A program made the position numbers and the translations under genes. Positions 38,501 to 47,039 of a DNA stretch of 64,000 nt are shown here, in pieces; the first letter of the stretch is position 1, and each line of letters opens with the position of its first letter. The stretch is from a virus. Location: positions 51,386-115,385 of IMG/VR virus record IMGVR_UViG_3300045988_106519, one strand, 5' to 3'. Under the pieces are notes generated by a model that was given only the letters and a program-made list of their open reading frames with translations, had not been told where the DNA came from and made no database searches.

Positions 38501-41500
38501 ATGGAGAGAGTCCTTTCAGTGAAGAAGAGATAAGCAATCTTCTTTCACAATACTATGCTGCAAACCCAGACTTAGACCAAAGTGAGTATAATTCACAGAA
38601 AGTATTATACACCATTGCACAGAATGCACAGAAGCTACAAGAAGCATCAGAAGCCTTTGACAAGGCAGAAGGTGAGATTCAGAAGATAGAGAAAAATAGA
38701 GGTGAAGCCATAGATCCAGAGGTGAGAACAAAGATGAAAATTCAGCAAGCACTCAATGGACATTGGGAAGAAAGAAAACAAAAAATGCAGTCAGAGATAG
38801 ACGATGCTTCAACAAGTGAGCAAACACATGATGCAAGTACAATCATAGCAAGTGTTGGAGGTATAGACAATGCCAAAGCACTTGTTAAAGTATATGATAA
38901 ACAGAAAGCTGAGATAGAAAAAGAACTTACAGAACAACAGAAAAGAACAAAGACTTTTGATGAAGAATACAAAAATGCAACAGAAGAATTGAACACTGCA
39001 AGAAGTAATGAAGATAGTGAGGCAGTACTTAAAGCAGAGAAAAAACAAAGAGAGACTAAAGCAAGGCTTGATTCATCAAAGGAGCAGGAGAATTATCTTG
39101 AAAGACTTGTTTCAATGACTGAAGACAAGAAGAAATCTTTGGAAGAGAACTTTACAGATGTTAGTGCAAAGATACTAACTGCTGATGAAATATTTGCACT
39201 TGACCCAGTGACAAGGGCAAGGATGGTGAATAAAGATAATAGAGAACTGTATAGCAAAGAACAGCAAAGAGAAATAGAGAAACTTGAGCAGAGGCTTATT
39301 ATGAGAGATGCTGATGCTCTTCAGAAAATACAAGACATAGCACTGTTGACACAAAGAATAGATTCTAATAAGGATGCTTATAGTAGAATGGCACAGAATC
39401 CAGAGGCAGCAGCAGTTTCCTTGGAGGCTCAAAGATTACAGTCAGCTGAAGCTGCATATAAACTGATAGGTCAGAGGAATGCAGAGACTGTTGCAGACTT
39501 TATCAATAAATTTGATGAAGGACTAAAGAACCGTTCTGATATATCTGAAGATAGTAAGAAGAACTATGTATTCAGAACATTAAGAAAACTCAATACAGGA
39601 CTGCTTGATATTATAGATGAAGACTCCATGCTTCCTAAATATCAGCAGCAGGTAGTTGATGCAAAGGAATGGGGTAAAGTTGTTGAGGATATTGTTTCTA
39701 TAATCAGTCAGTCAGACAAGGGAGAAGATTGGCAAAATAATATATTGAAGAATATAGACACAATAGTAGAAAATGCCAACAATAAAGAAGAGATTATGTC
39801 AGCTCTTGAGAAAGTTGTAGATGATACAGAAGGTTCAGAATCATCGAAAGACTTTGAATATATCCTTGATGGTATGAGGAAGTTAGGTTATCTGAGAGAT
39901 GCTACTATTATTGAGAATAGAAAACAAAGGAAGCAACGTGAAGCAGAGGAAGCAAAGAAGAAGGAAGAAGAAAAGAATAAAGTAGATGAGGCTGCAAAGA
40001 ATGCTGCTGAGAAAAAGACTGTTGAAGAGAAGGAGAAGCAACAGAATGAAGAAGGAATGGATATGGGTAGAAAACCAAATAAAAATGATGTTATAAATAG
40101 CACAGAAGATGTAGATATATTTGGTGATGAAAAGCCTTCAGAGGAGCAAAGTAAAGAAGAAGTAGGAGAAAAGCAGAGTGCTACAGCACCTGTTACTCAG
40201 AATATAAGAACTATCTTGAGTGATGGGTCTGGGGATAGGAGTGTTACAGCAGGAGATATGTGGCATGGTACAAAGGGTAATGCTAAGAAAGGAAAGTTCA
40301 CTGTGACAAAGATGGGAGATACTGTAACCTTTGATACAGATGAGAAGAATGATGTGCTGAGTGTTACTTCTGATGAATATGATGTAACTCCTGAGACTAA
40401 GGAGCATGAGGAAAATGCAGTGTTTGAGGCAAGTTCTATGGAGAAAAGAGGTGATGATTGGTATTTTGTTGGTAATTTTGCAGGAACCAAAAATACTACA
40501 GAAGTGAAAGCAAAGAAATCTTTTGACATAGAAAAGGCAATAAAAAGACAGCAGGAATCAAGGGAAGCAGAACTTGCAGCCAAGGGAGTAGATGTTGATA
40601 ATGTGAATGTTGTTGACAATGGGGATAGTGTGCAAGGTAGATCTGAGAATATTGATGAACAGAATAATAACATTACTCCTGATGATAAGGTGATAGAGGT
40701 GTCGGAGATTAATGAAGATGCTGATGAATTGAATGGTATAGGAGAGCATAATATAGAGACAAATGTTAATACTATTAGTGGTAATGCAATGAGTAGATAT
40801 GAGTCTGATCCATTAGCGAAGGATGGTAAACTTGTTAATAAAAAAGGCAAGGATGATAGAAAGCAGATGGATGAATATTATGCTTGGATGGATGCAGCTG
40901 GAATAAAGTTGCAGAATATTATTGACAGAGAACTTGCAAAAATACTAAAGAGAAATCCTAATGCCAAGGTGAAGTTTATGGCAGTGAGACCAGAAAGCAA
41001 TGCTACTAATGATAGCAGTATGCAGAGACACTTAATGCTTGTATTAGACTATGACAATAGTATTAATAAAGGAATTACTGCAATACACAACGATGATAAT
41101 GGTGGAGTGATAGAGAGTCAAGGAAAGAAGTATCTTGTGATAGGAGTTGCTGGTTATAGGAATGGAAACTTTGCGCAACAGTCACTCTATAATGTGTTAT
41201 GGAATCCTATATCTCCTACTTCAAGAAACAGTAAGGGAGAACCATTTGGATTGATGATAAAGCCTAAAAAGGAGTTCTTTGAGACACATCCTAATGAAAG
41301 ATTCTATGTGAATGAGAGTCTAAGTACTGAGATAGTGCCATATTCTTTGATACCAGGGTATATTGTTAAGCAGGGATTGAATGACAGTAATACAGAGTTC
41401 AGGAGTGTAAGAGAACTACTTGCTGACAAGGAGAGAAATCCTATGGGATATGATATGCAAAGTGTAGCATGGGGAATACAAGAATTGACAAAGTTCTTGA

Positions 41501-42867
41501 CTATAGGGGCTTTTGTAGATGATGTAATGGTTCCAAGGAATACTATAAGGAATGCAGGAAGTGCTTTTGTGCTTATGCCAGCAAGTAATGGAAAGATGGT
41601 ACCATCCTACTTGAAAGTGTTGAAGTATAATGAGATGAGAGATGGTGCATTAAAAGACAAAGTAGAAGGATTATTACAAAATGTTGTATCTCCAGACTAT
41701 GCAACAAGGTATCAGGCAGTGATAGATTTGAGTAATATCTTCTATTTTGATAAGGAAGGTGACACCATATTGCTTAGGAAAAACAAAGCAGAGTTATCAT
41801 TGGTGCATGATGGAATAGTGCAGAAGACATTTGTTCTTGACAGTAACTTTGACAGAGCAGAGTTTATGAAGGCAATGGAAGATATGAATCCAAGAATTAA
41901 TATTACTGCAAGAGTACTACAAAGTCAAGAGTTACTTAAAGAGTATGATGAAGTAGGAGCACTTATGACAGATGCAGCAATGTTTGGTACAGCAGGAAGT
42001 TCTTATAGTATTTATGGACTTGATGGTGAAGGCAATATATTGAAACCAAAACAGCCTGTGAATGAAGCTTCTAAGACTACTGTTAATAGTGATTTTAAGA
42101 ATGAGAATAAAAGTCAGGTGATATATAAGCACCAATATTACACTTATAGAGTGGATGATAGAATGTATTATCTTAATGGAGAGCCTGTCACTGATGAAAA
42201 GATGATAAAGCAGTTGGAGTATAACAAGATGATTATAAACAATCAGCTTAGTCCTATCAAGAATGAAGGAGTATGGGAATACTTTATTTTGAAAGAAGGA
42301 GAACATCCAGAGGCTATAAAGGTGAATAGAAATACTAAAGAAGTAAAGGAAGTAAGTGAGGAAAAGGTTAAGGAGATTATTAGTAAGATAGAAGAAGAGA
42401 AAGCCAAGAAGCAGAGAGAAGCTGAGGCACAGAAGCAACTGAAGATAATAAACTCTGAAGATGTAGATATTATAGGAAATTCTGATAATACAAACCTTGT
42501 GATGGATCCAAACACTGGAGAAATGGTTGTAAATAATACTGTTGATGAAACACCTGTTCCCAAAGAAGAAAACAAGAATGAAAACAAAAAAGAAGAAATA
42601 AAGAAAGAATCTAAGAGTGAGAAGAATAATAAGAAGACTGAGAGTAGTGACAATGCTACATCAACACAAACCTTTGCAGAACTTATAGGGAATAAGAAAC
42701 ATAGGATAAGTATAATAAAGTTGGTTAAAGGTAAATGGAAAGATGCTCCAGTTGTTCCTACCCAGCTTGAAAAGTTCTTGAGAGATAGAGATGTGGAGGT
42801 AGATAGTATTGGAACATCAGAGAAAGATATTGATGCTTGGATGAAGACAATAGAAGATTGTAGGTAA
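35506..42867 (+). CDS. giant coiled-coil-rich hypothetical virion/ejection protein (2453 aa)
   Basis: Uninterrupted ORF. It has a Gly/Ala hydrophobic patch (GVGILGKSLSTASKVGKVARGFGKV...GTAGALGIAYAYG), long K/E/Q helical regions, and no DxDxD polymerase motif seen. Confidence 0.4.
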   Translation: MPINKPQGLKGLQGLGGLSKTQYDSFIEKNRNLISQHGYDPTYINNLYSNKQFIDRYGVEKFKAMPNIDMRNAMYKDDVVNTEFSRLYSPFDVDGVRNNNRGLGADFEKYNQLSTDAKLKLMESNYLTPNEFNNKWERHIKEINDRGKVLGQSRAGAFMPLSAVLNAPAAESSTGSASVDFLRGISGDEAGRKLALDKNNRILEKIYNDDVDNAASKFASQVADAYYGSEIATMSDTQVKKAFVQAINGNPRKGDLGIPELASHYGNGTENQITSEMQDFSIDDMRQVLAKKRVYDAYMSPDMAMTALNNDAKRYIRDHQGSVKRFGLFLKDVGISSMSYTADKLNGIAEIYRMGQDAWAEKPIVMVDDKGNILDPKKIKVISDKQGRLHYQDKDGQLHSVHQEQVDYTTLHNMGKNPDGSDIEGAFGVDWMTLNPQYWTRAEQYGTLDDNEQKQYEKLGSSPYKVAYNPNEDSDIMYEAFKMMSFGIADAASQLIPYGVGILGKSLSTASKVGKVARGFGKVLDTTGKMLTAETKIGQVTQGTAGALGIAYAYGRGAFQETLQQNLANAEEAAQTASRNDIYNQYNSDKDYKAGVDKLINARAASMKADYLAKIQKDSNMKVIDKNTLDKMIHARAQEAVLGELVQNRIKERMASKEYADLQQKAIDGAGDAAFNSFLTEGIKYGFVNNFGYRKYLYTNPAGLSKKVSSTFKGLEEITTKEGRQRLTAGASKFLTRDQKLKEFGKTLGSQAWGGAWTNGTDDMQVDAAERINEDSFKRYLDAYQNGEAIADIYGFADGLYSYMKGLSNSMGQETTWNAALVGGLGSIVNFTPNFANIARLATKEGREAYNNNFTRRIVRDENGIPVKNEDGSIKYEDLKRTDNWRERANYFIQNGVLNTYYGKKQSERDLQSHADYVNDLLDSYNDFKDIEGLVASNGASENLESQGDAKTLQFIKALHSINALNRLGENSNDPTTLSSVVQNAKNFIAKASQLNDENGESPFSEEEISNLLSQYYAANPDLDQSEYNSQKVLYTIAQNAQKLQEASEAFDKAEGEIQKIEKNRGEAIDPEVRTKMKIQQALNGHWEERKQKMQSEIDDASTSEQTHDASTIIASVGGIDNAKALVKVYDKQKAEIEKELTEQQKRTKTFDEEYKNATEELNTARSNEDSEAVLKAEKKQRETKARLDSSKEQENYLERLVSMTEDKKKSLEENFTDVSAKILTADEIFALDPVTRARMVNKDNRELYSKEQQREIEKLEQRLIMRDADALQKIQDIALLTQRIDSNKDAYSRMAQNPEAAAVSLEAQRLQSAEAAYKLIGQRNAETVADFINKFDEGLKNRSDISEDSKKNYVFRTLRKLNTGLLDIIDEDSMLPKYQQQVVDAKEWGKVVEDIVSIISQSDKGEDWQNNILKNIDTIVENANNKEEIMSALEKVVDDTEGSESSKDFEYILDGMRKLGYLRDATIIENRKQRKQREAEEAKKKEEEKNKVDEAAKNAAEKKTVEEKEKQQNEEGMDMGRKPNKNDVINSTEDVDIFGDEKPSEEQSKEEVGEKQSATAPVTQNIRTILSDGSGDRSVTAGDMWHGTKGNAKKGKFTVTKMGDTVTFDTDEKNDVLSVTSDEYDVTPETKEHEENAVFEASSMEKRGDDWYFVGNFAGTKNTTEVKAKKSFDIEKAIKRQQESREAELAAKGVDVDNVNVVDNGDSVQGRSENIDEQNNNITPDDKVIEVSEINEDADELNGIGEHNIETNVNTISGNAMSRYESDPLAKDGKLVNKKGKDDRKQMDEYYAWMDAAGIKLQNIIDRELAKILKRNPNAKVKFMAVRPESNATNDSSMQRHLMLVLDYDNSINKGITAIHNDDNGGVIESQGKKYLVIGVAGYRNGNFAQQSLYNVLWNPISPTSRNSKGEPFGLMIKPKKEFFETHPNERFYVNESLSTEIVPYSLIPGYIVKQGLNDSNTEFRSVRELLADKERNPMGYDMQSVAWGIQELTKFLTIGAFVDDVMVPRNTIRNAGSAFVLMPASNGKMVPSYLKVLKYNEMRDGALKDKVEGLLQNVVSPDYATRYQAVIDLSNIFYFDKEGDTILLRKNKAELSLVHDGIVQKTFVLDSNFDRAEFMKAMEDMNPRINITARVLQSQELLKEYDEVGALMTDAAMFGTAGSSYSIYGLDGEGNILKPKQPVNEASKTTVNSDFKNENKSQVIYKHQYYTYRVDDRMYYLNGEPVTDEKMIKQLEYNKMIINNQLSPIKNEGVWEYFILKEGEHPEAIKVNRNTKEVKEVSEEKVKEIISKIEEEKAKKQREAEAQKQLKIINSEDVDIIGNSDNTNLVMDPNTGEMVVNNTVDETPVPKEENKNENKKEEIKKESKSEKNNKKTESSDNATSTQTFAELIGNKKHRISIIKLVKGKWKDAPVVPTQLEKFLRDRDVEVDSIGTSEKDIDAWMKTIEDCR

Positions 42868-42883
42868 GATAGATTGATATAAG

Positions 42884-42935
42884 AAGGTATATTGAGGTGA
42901 AAGATTTATTAGCCTTGATATACCTTTTATTTGTT
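42884..42935 (+). terminator. rho-independent terminator
   Basis: 14-bp stem AAGGTATATTGAGG/CCTTGATATACCTT (two wobbles), then TTTTATTTGTT. Confidence 0.65.
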
Positions 42936-43001
42936 ATTAGAACTTTATTTACATTATATGAATGGTTTTATTAGTTGCTTAAAATACAGGAAAAGAGTTT
43001 T

Positions 43002-43009
43002 TACATTTG
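43002..43009 (+). promoter_or_regulatory. -7 box TACATTTG
   Basis: 21 nt upstream of the ATG at 43031. The track start at 43007 is a TTG inside the box. Confidence 0.5.
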
Positions 43010-43030
43010 CATAAAATAAAATCATTAAGT

Positions 43031-43282
43031 ATGAATAAAGAAAATTACTTTGGTGAAGCTGCTATGAAGGATAATCCCAAGAAAAAAATAAGACTTGAGA
43101 TTAGAGATAATTCTGTGACAGAGAAAAAGATAGCAGAGAATGCTGTAACTACAGATAAGATATTTGATGGAGCTGTAACTAAAGATAAACTCTCTCCTGA
43201 ATTGTTGGAGGAGAATATGGTGGAGAGAATAACGGAGGAGGAGATAACAGAAATAGTAGGAGAGAAAGGAGACATACAATGA
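43031..43282 (+). CDS. small tail-fibre-repeat protein (83 aa)
   Basis: Three ~11-aa repeats NSVTEKKIAE / NAVTTDKIFDG / AVTKDKLSPE typical of phage fibre shafts. The stop overlaps the next ATG (ATGA). Confidence 0.5.
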   Translation: MNKENYFGEAAMKDNPKKKIRLEIRDNSVTEKKIAENAVTTDKIFDGAVTKDKLSPELLEENMVERITEEEITEIVGEKGDIQ

Positions 43283-44103
43283 ATAAGTTTGTAGATGATA
43301 AAGGACTTAAAAGATATACTGACAATATGAAACTTCTTCTTAAGAAGAAAGTTTCTAAGAAAAGACCTTATGGTCAGATAGTTATTGGTAAGTCAATAGA
43401 TCCAACATCGTATAATTGGGGAACAATATATGCTTTTCGTGGACATCCATGTATAACAATATGGAGTGATAATAAAGTTGAGACATTTAATATAATTATT
43501 CGTGATACTACGGATAAAGATGTAAGTAATACATATCAATCATCAGGAACAGTACTTACTAACACAAAAACTAAATATGTTCATTTTATATACTTAATAG
43601 GATATCCAAATATTTCATGTGGTTTTAAAATGTTTACTCAATATACAAAGGGAGATACTACTATACATTTACAAGAAATTAAGATTCCAGCGGATAACCT
43701 TACTGGTACTTCAAAAAAATACAGTTGGGTTAATGGAAAACGTGTGACAAGTAAAAAGGGAACTTTTGAGATGGCTTGTGAAATATTGAGATATAGGTTT
43801 GATCCTAATCAAACCTATACAGAGATTGGTATAGTAAAAGCTTATCAGTTACTTAATGGGGATTTTGGAGTACCGTATTGGAAGCATAATGTATTTCGAG
43901 GTAAACCTTATAGAGATAAATTTCCTGATAAAAAGTATAGATATACAAGATTTACGAGAAAAAGTACAAATAATGACTCATCATTAGGGGGTGGTCTATG
44001 GCTTGTACGTTTCTATGATGGAAGGAGTAAAACATATATGAATGATGTAAAAGTATATGTAAGGGAAACTAAAGAAGGAAAACTTATTTTCAAAAGGACA
44101 TAA
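43279..44103 (+). CDS. tail fibre/receptor-binding protein candidate 1 (274 aa)
   Basis: The N-terminus MNKFVDDKGLKRY is shared with 44288 and 44963. Confidence 0.45.
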   Translation: MNKFVDDKGLKRYTDNMKLLLKKKVSKKRPYGQIVIGKSIDPTSYNWGTIYAFRGHPCITIWSDNKVETFNIIIRDTTDKDVSNTYQSSGTVLTNTKTKYVHFIYLIGYPNISCGFKMFTQYTKGDTTIHLQEIKIPADNLTGTSKKYSWVNGKRVTSKKGTFEMACEILRYRFDPNQTYTEIGIVKAYQLLNGDFGVPYWKHNVFRGKPYRDKFPDKKYRYTRFTRKSTNNDSSLGGGLWLVRFYDGRSKTYMNDVKVYVRETKEGKLIFKRT

Positions 44104-44287
44104 AAAAAGGGCAGCGTTAGACAAGGAGGATACATAACCACATGGTCAGTACTTCATCCACCGTCTAACTTACCACCCATTGCAAAGATACTATATAATA
44201 TTCAGTTTTGCAAGAGTTTGAGTAATAAAATAAAGATAAAAGATAAAGTTTAACAAACATTAGTAATAAATTAACAAACAAACAATT

Positions 44288-44911
44288 ATGACAAAATTTG
44301 TAGACAGTTTAGGACTAAAAAGATTAGTCACAAAGATTGCTGAGGCAGTTGGTAATGGAACTTGGTTGCCAGTTAAGAAAGGAGAGGGTGAAGGTTCTGT
44401 TGTAATGGGAGAGAATACTATCGCATATGGTTCATATTCTCATGCTGAAGGTTCTGGTAATCATGCAATGGGTTCATGTTCTCATGCTGAAGGAAGCGAA
44501 ACTAACGCAGAGGCAGAGTGTTCTCATGCAGAAGGATTAAATACTATAGCAAATGGAGAGTTTTCACATGTCGAAGGTTATAACACTGAAGCCGATGGAA
44601 AAGGTTCACATGCACAAGGTTCTTTTAATTATTCTAATCCATTCTTTATTGATACGGTAGGTGTTGGTAATAACAGTGAGGATAAAAAGAATGCTTCTGT
44701 AATATATGTTGGACGAGATGAGTTAGATGAAGTTGATCCAAGCGATCCAAAAAATGGTTATCAGTATCTTCTTGGTATTGGTGGATATCAAGGTCAAGAT
44801 ATTGCAGAGAGTATGAAGAGTGTCCAGGAAGTGATAGCAGACCTTGAAAAAGAAGTGGCAGCAACAGAGACTATGACTGTTGAGGATATTAGAGAGATAA
44901 TGAGTGCATAG
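44288..44911 (+). CDS. tail fibre protein candidate 2 with SHAEG beta-roll-type repeats (207 aa)
   Basis: N-terminus MTKFVDSLGLKRL. Five ~14-16-aa repeats centred on SH(A/V)(E/Q)G (YSHAEGSGNHAMGSCSHAEGSETNAEAECSHAEGLNTIANGEFSHVEGYNTEADGKGSHAQGS). Confidence 0.55.
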   Translation: MTKFVDSLGLKRLVTKIAEAVGNGTWLPVKKGEGEGSVVMGENTIAYGSYSHAEGSGNHAMGSCSHAEGSETNAEAECSHAEGLNTIANGEFSHVEGYNTEADGKGSHAQGSFNYSNPFFIDTVGVGNNSEDKKNASVIYVGRDELDEVDPSDPKNGYQYLLGIGGYQGQDIAESMKSVQEVIADLEKEVAATETMTVEDIREIMSA

Positions 44912-44962
44912 AAATAAATGAAAAGATAAATAGTAACATAAATTTTTTTAAAACAAACAGTT

Positions 44963-45835
44963 ATGACAAAGTATTTAGACAAGGTAGGCCTTACAGAGTA
45001 TACTAAGCTGATGAAGGCTCATGTAGCAAAGAGTACATTAAAAATTGGTGAATCATCTGGTACGGCTTATGACGGAGCAAAGGGTAAGGCAAATGCCGAC
45101 TTCATTAATGGAGTGAAAAACGGTAACCTCGCTCTTGTGTCACCAGAAATCAGAGGCAGATGGAATGTGTTCAACGCAGCTGGTACAGCAGTGGAATCAA
45201 TGGTTTCATCATCAACCTCTCTGTCACTTGAAAACGGTTATCAAGCATCATGGACAGGCGCATTCTCATATCCAACAGCAAAGGAAGGCCAGAAAGTTCC
45301 AACAAGTGTATCTGGTAATTGGACTGCACTTCCAGCAGCAAATACACCATCTGCAACATACACAACCCCAGAGAAGGTAAAGACTGACACCACCATCTCT
45401 GCAACCATCGCAGCTGCCAAAACTGGTCTTATGGTTGTTGGTTCAGATGTAAAGCCTGCAAGTGGCAATGACACAAAGACAGCATCTGCAAGCGTACACT
45501 TCTATCATCGTCGTTACTTTGGTTTGGCTTCAACATCAAATATAACAGCAGATGTTATAAAGGGTTTGAGTAAGACAGACCTTAATAATTCACGCACAGC
45601 AAAACTTGAAGGTATTTCGGCAACAGATGCTCAGTACTATGTAATAGCTTATCCAAAGATAATGGGTGAGTTGACTAAGATAGTACAGAATGGAGCCACA
45701 CCATTGCTGAATGGAGGTTTTGTAAAGAGTGAGGTAACAGTGACAAATGCAGCTGGTGCTTCAATAGTTTACTTGGTATACCGTACAGTAAACCCAGGAG
45801 CATTGAAGGATAACTCATTCCTGGATATAGCATAA
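44963..45835 (+). CDS. tail fibre/receptor-binding protein candidate 3 (290 aa)
   Basis: N-terminus MTKYLDKVGLTEY. Visibly GC-richer than its neighbours. Confidence 0.45.
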   Translation: MTKYLDKVGLTEYTKLMKAHVAKSTLKIGESSGTAYDGAKGKANADFINGVKNGNLALVSPEIRGRWNVFNAAGTAVESMVSSSTSLSLENGYQASWTGAFSYPTAKEGQKVPTSVSGNWTALPAANTPSATYTTPEKVKTDTTISATIAAAKTGLMVVGSDVKPASGNDTKTASASVHFYHRRYFGLASTSNITADVIKGLSKTDLNNSRTAKLEGISATDAQYYVIAYPKIMGELTKIVQNGATPLLNGGFVKSEVTVTNAAGASIVYLVYRTVNPGALKDNSFLDIA

Positions 45836-45868
45836 ATAATTGTTTAACATTAAAAACATAAAAAAGAT

Positions 45869-46891
45869 ATGGCATTAAAACAAGCAAATACGCTGGCTCC
45901 AAGTAATGTGTCAGCAACAGGTTTTGCCTTGGCAGACGCAAGACATATTGGAGGTCATAAAGTTGTAGCAAGTCTAACAGCTTTGTATGCATTGCAGGAT
46001 TGGCAGCTGCTTAATCCTGGGGAAACAGACACAGCATTGGCATTAGGTCAGCAGTGGTATGTTAAGGGAATTGGTTTCTATAGACTAACCAACTGGGCTA
46101 ATCGTAAAACATCAAGTGGTTGGATAAAGGAAGTAGATCCAAATAACATTGACACTACTCTTTTTCAGATTGTGTCTGCTCTTCCTACAAGTGGTATTAA
46201 TAAGAATCGTATATATATTTTAGCTTCAGAAAACAGAGACCCTAATGGTAAAAATATATATGCCGAGTATATTTATACTGGTGATACCTCAGCCACCTAT
46301 GATGAAACCAAGTGGGAGAAAATGGGTGAGTATACAACCACAGTGGACTTATCTCCTTACATGAAGTTGGAGCAGAAGGGTGTGGCTAATGGTGTAGCTA
46401 CCTTGGATGCAAAGGGTAAGGTTACTGACAACCAGTTGTGGGATGCAACAAGCGAGAATCATGGCTTGATGTCAGAAGAAGATAAGAAAATTCTTGATAC
46501 AATCAATGACGATATCTTTAATGGTAAATACTCCGATGTATGTAAGTTTGATGATATATTTACACCACTGGGGGATGTTGAAATACTTCAGCAATCACTT
46601 TCTGATTCTGTAAAATATGATATTATCTATCTTACAACTAAAAATATGTTTGTAGCAAGACATGGGGGTAAATATTATATTAATTGGGATGATAAAACAG
46701 GAACTTTTGGTGATTTAAATACTCCAGTAGAAGGTAAATTGTATTTAAAGAAAGCAGAACTGATATCAGTGGCTGGTTCGATTGCATCACCTACTTTATA
46801 TACGGGTGATAGTAAAGGTCTCTATCCTCTTGTTAATGAAAAGGATATTGAAGTGATGTCTAATGCTGAGATTGATGCTTTGTTTACATAA
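45869..46891 (+). CDS. tail fibre protein candidate 4 (340 aa)
   Basis: The VANGVATLDAKGKVTDNQLW motif is common in phage tail fibres. Confidence 0.5.
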   Translation: MALKQANTLAPSNVSATGFALADARHIGGHKVVASLTALYALQDWQLLNPGETDTALALGQQWYVKGIGFYRLTNWANRKTSSGWIKEVDPNNIDTTLFQIVSALPTSGINKNRIYILASENRDPNGKNIYAEYIYTGDTSATYDETKWEKMGEYTTTVDLSPYMKLEQKGVANGVATLDAKGKVTDNQLWDATSENHGLMSEEDKKILDTINDDIFNGKYSDVCKFDDIFTPLGDVEILQQSLSDSVKYDIIYLTTKNMFVARHGGKYYINWDDKTGTFGDLNTPVEGKLYLKKAELISVAGSIASPTLYTGDSKGLYPLVNEKDIEVMSNAEIDALFT

Positions 46892-46913
46892 AACATAAGC
46901 TATAACAAGTAAA

Positions 46914-46957
46914 TAAAAAAAGTGGTGAACTTTTAGAAGGTTCACCACTTTTTCTTT
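46914..46957. terminator. bidirectional rho-independent terminator
   Basis: Perfect 10-bp stem AGTGGTGAAC/GTTCACCACT flanked by A7 and TTTTCTTTG. Lies between convergent genes. Confidence 0.8.
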
Positions 46958-47039
46958 GCTTTATTCTATCATATCCAAATCTTCTACAGCTGTTTGTATC
47001 TTTATATTTATTACCTTGTTCACTGTCTTATGTGTTTTT

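Noticed and set aside
40197-42653. Minus-strand ORFs (217, 168 and 136 aa) inside the 2453-aa gene.
   Set aside because: They are Ser/Leu/Phe low-complexity mirror products of K/E-rich coding sequence, with no independent signals.
45135-45474. Several overlapping 77-81-aa ORFs on both strands within 44963..45835.
   Set aside because: They are off-frame ORFs made possible by the locally higher GC content of this fibre gene, and have no start context.
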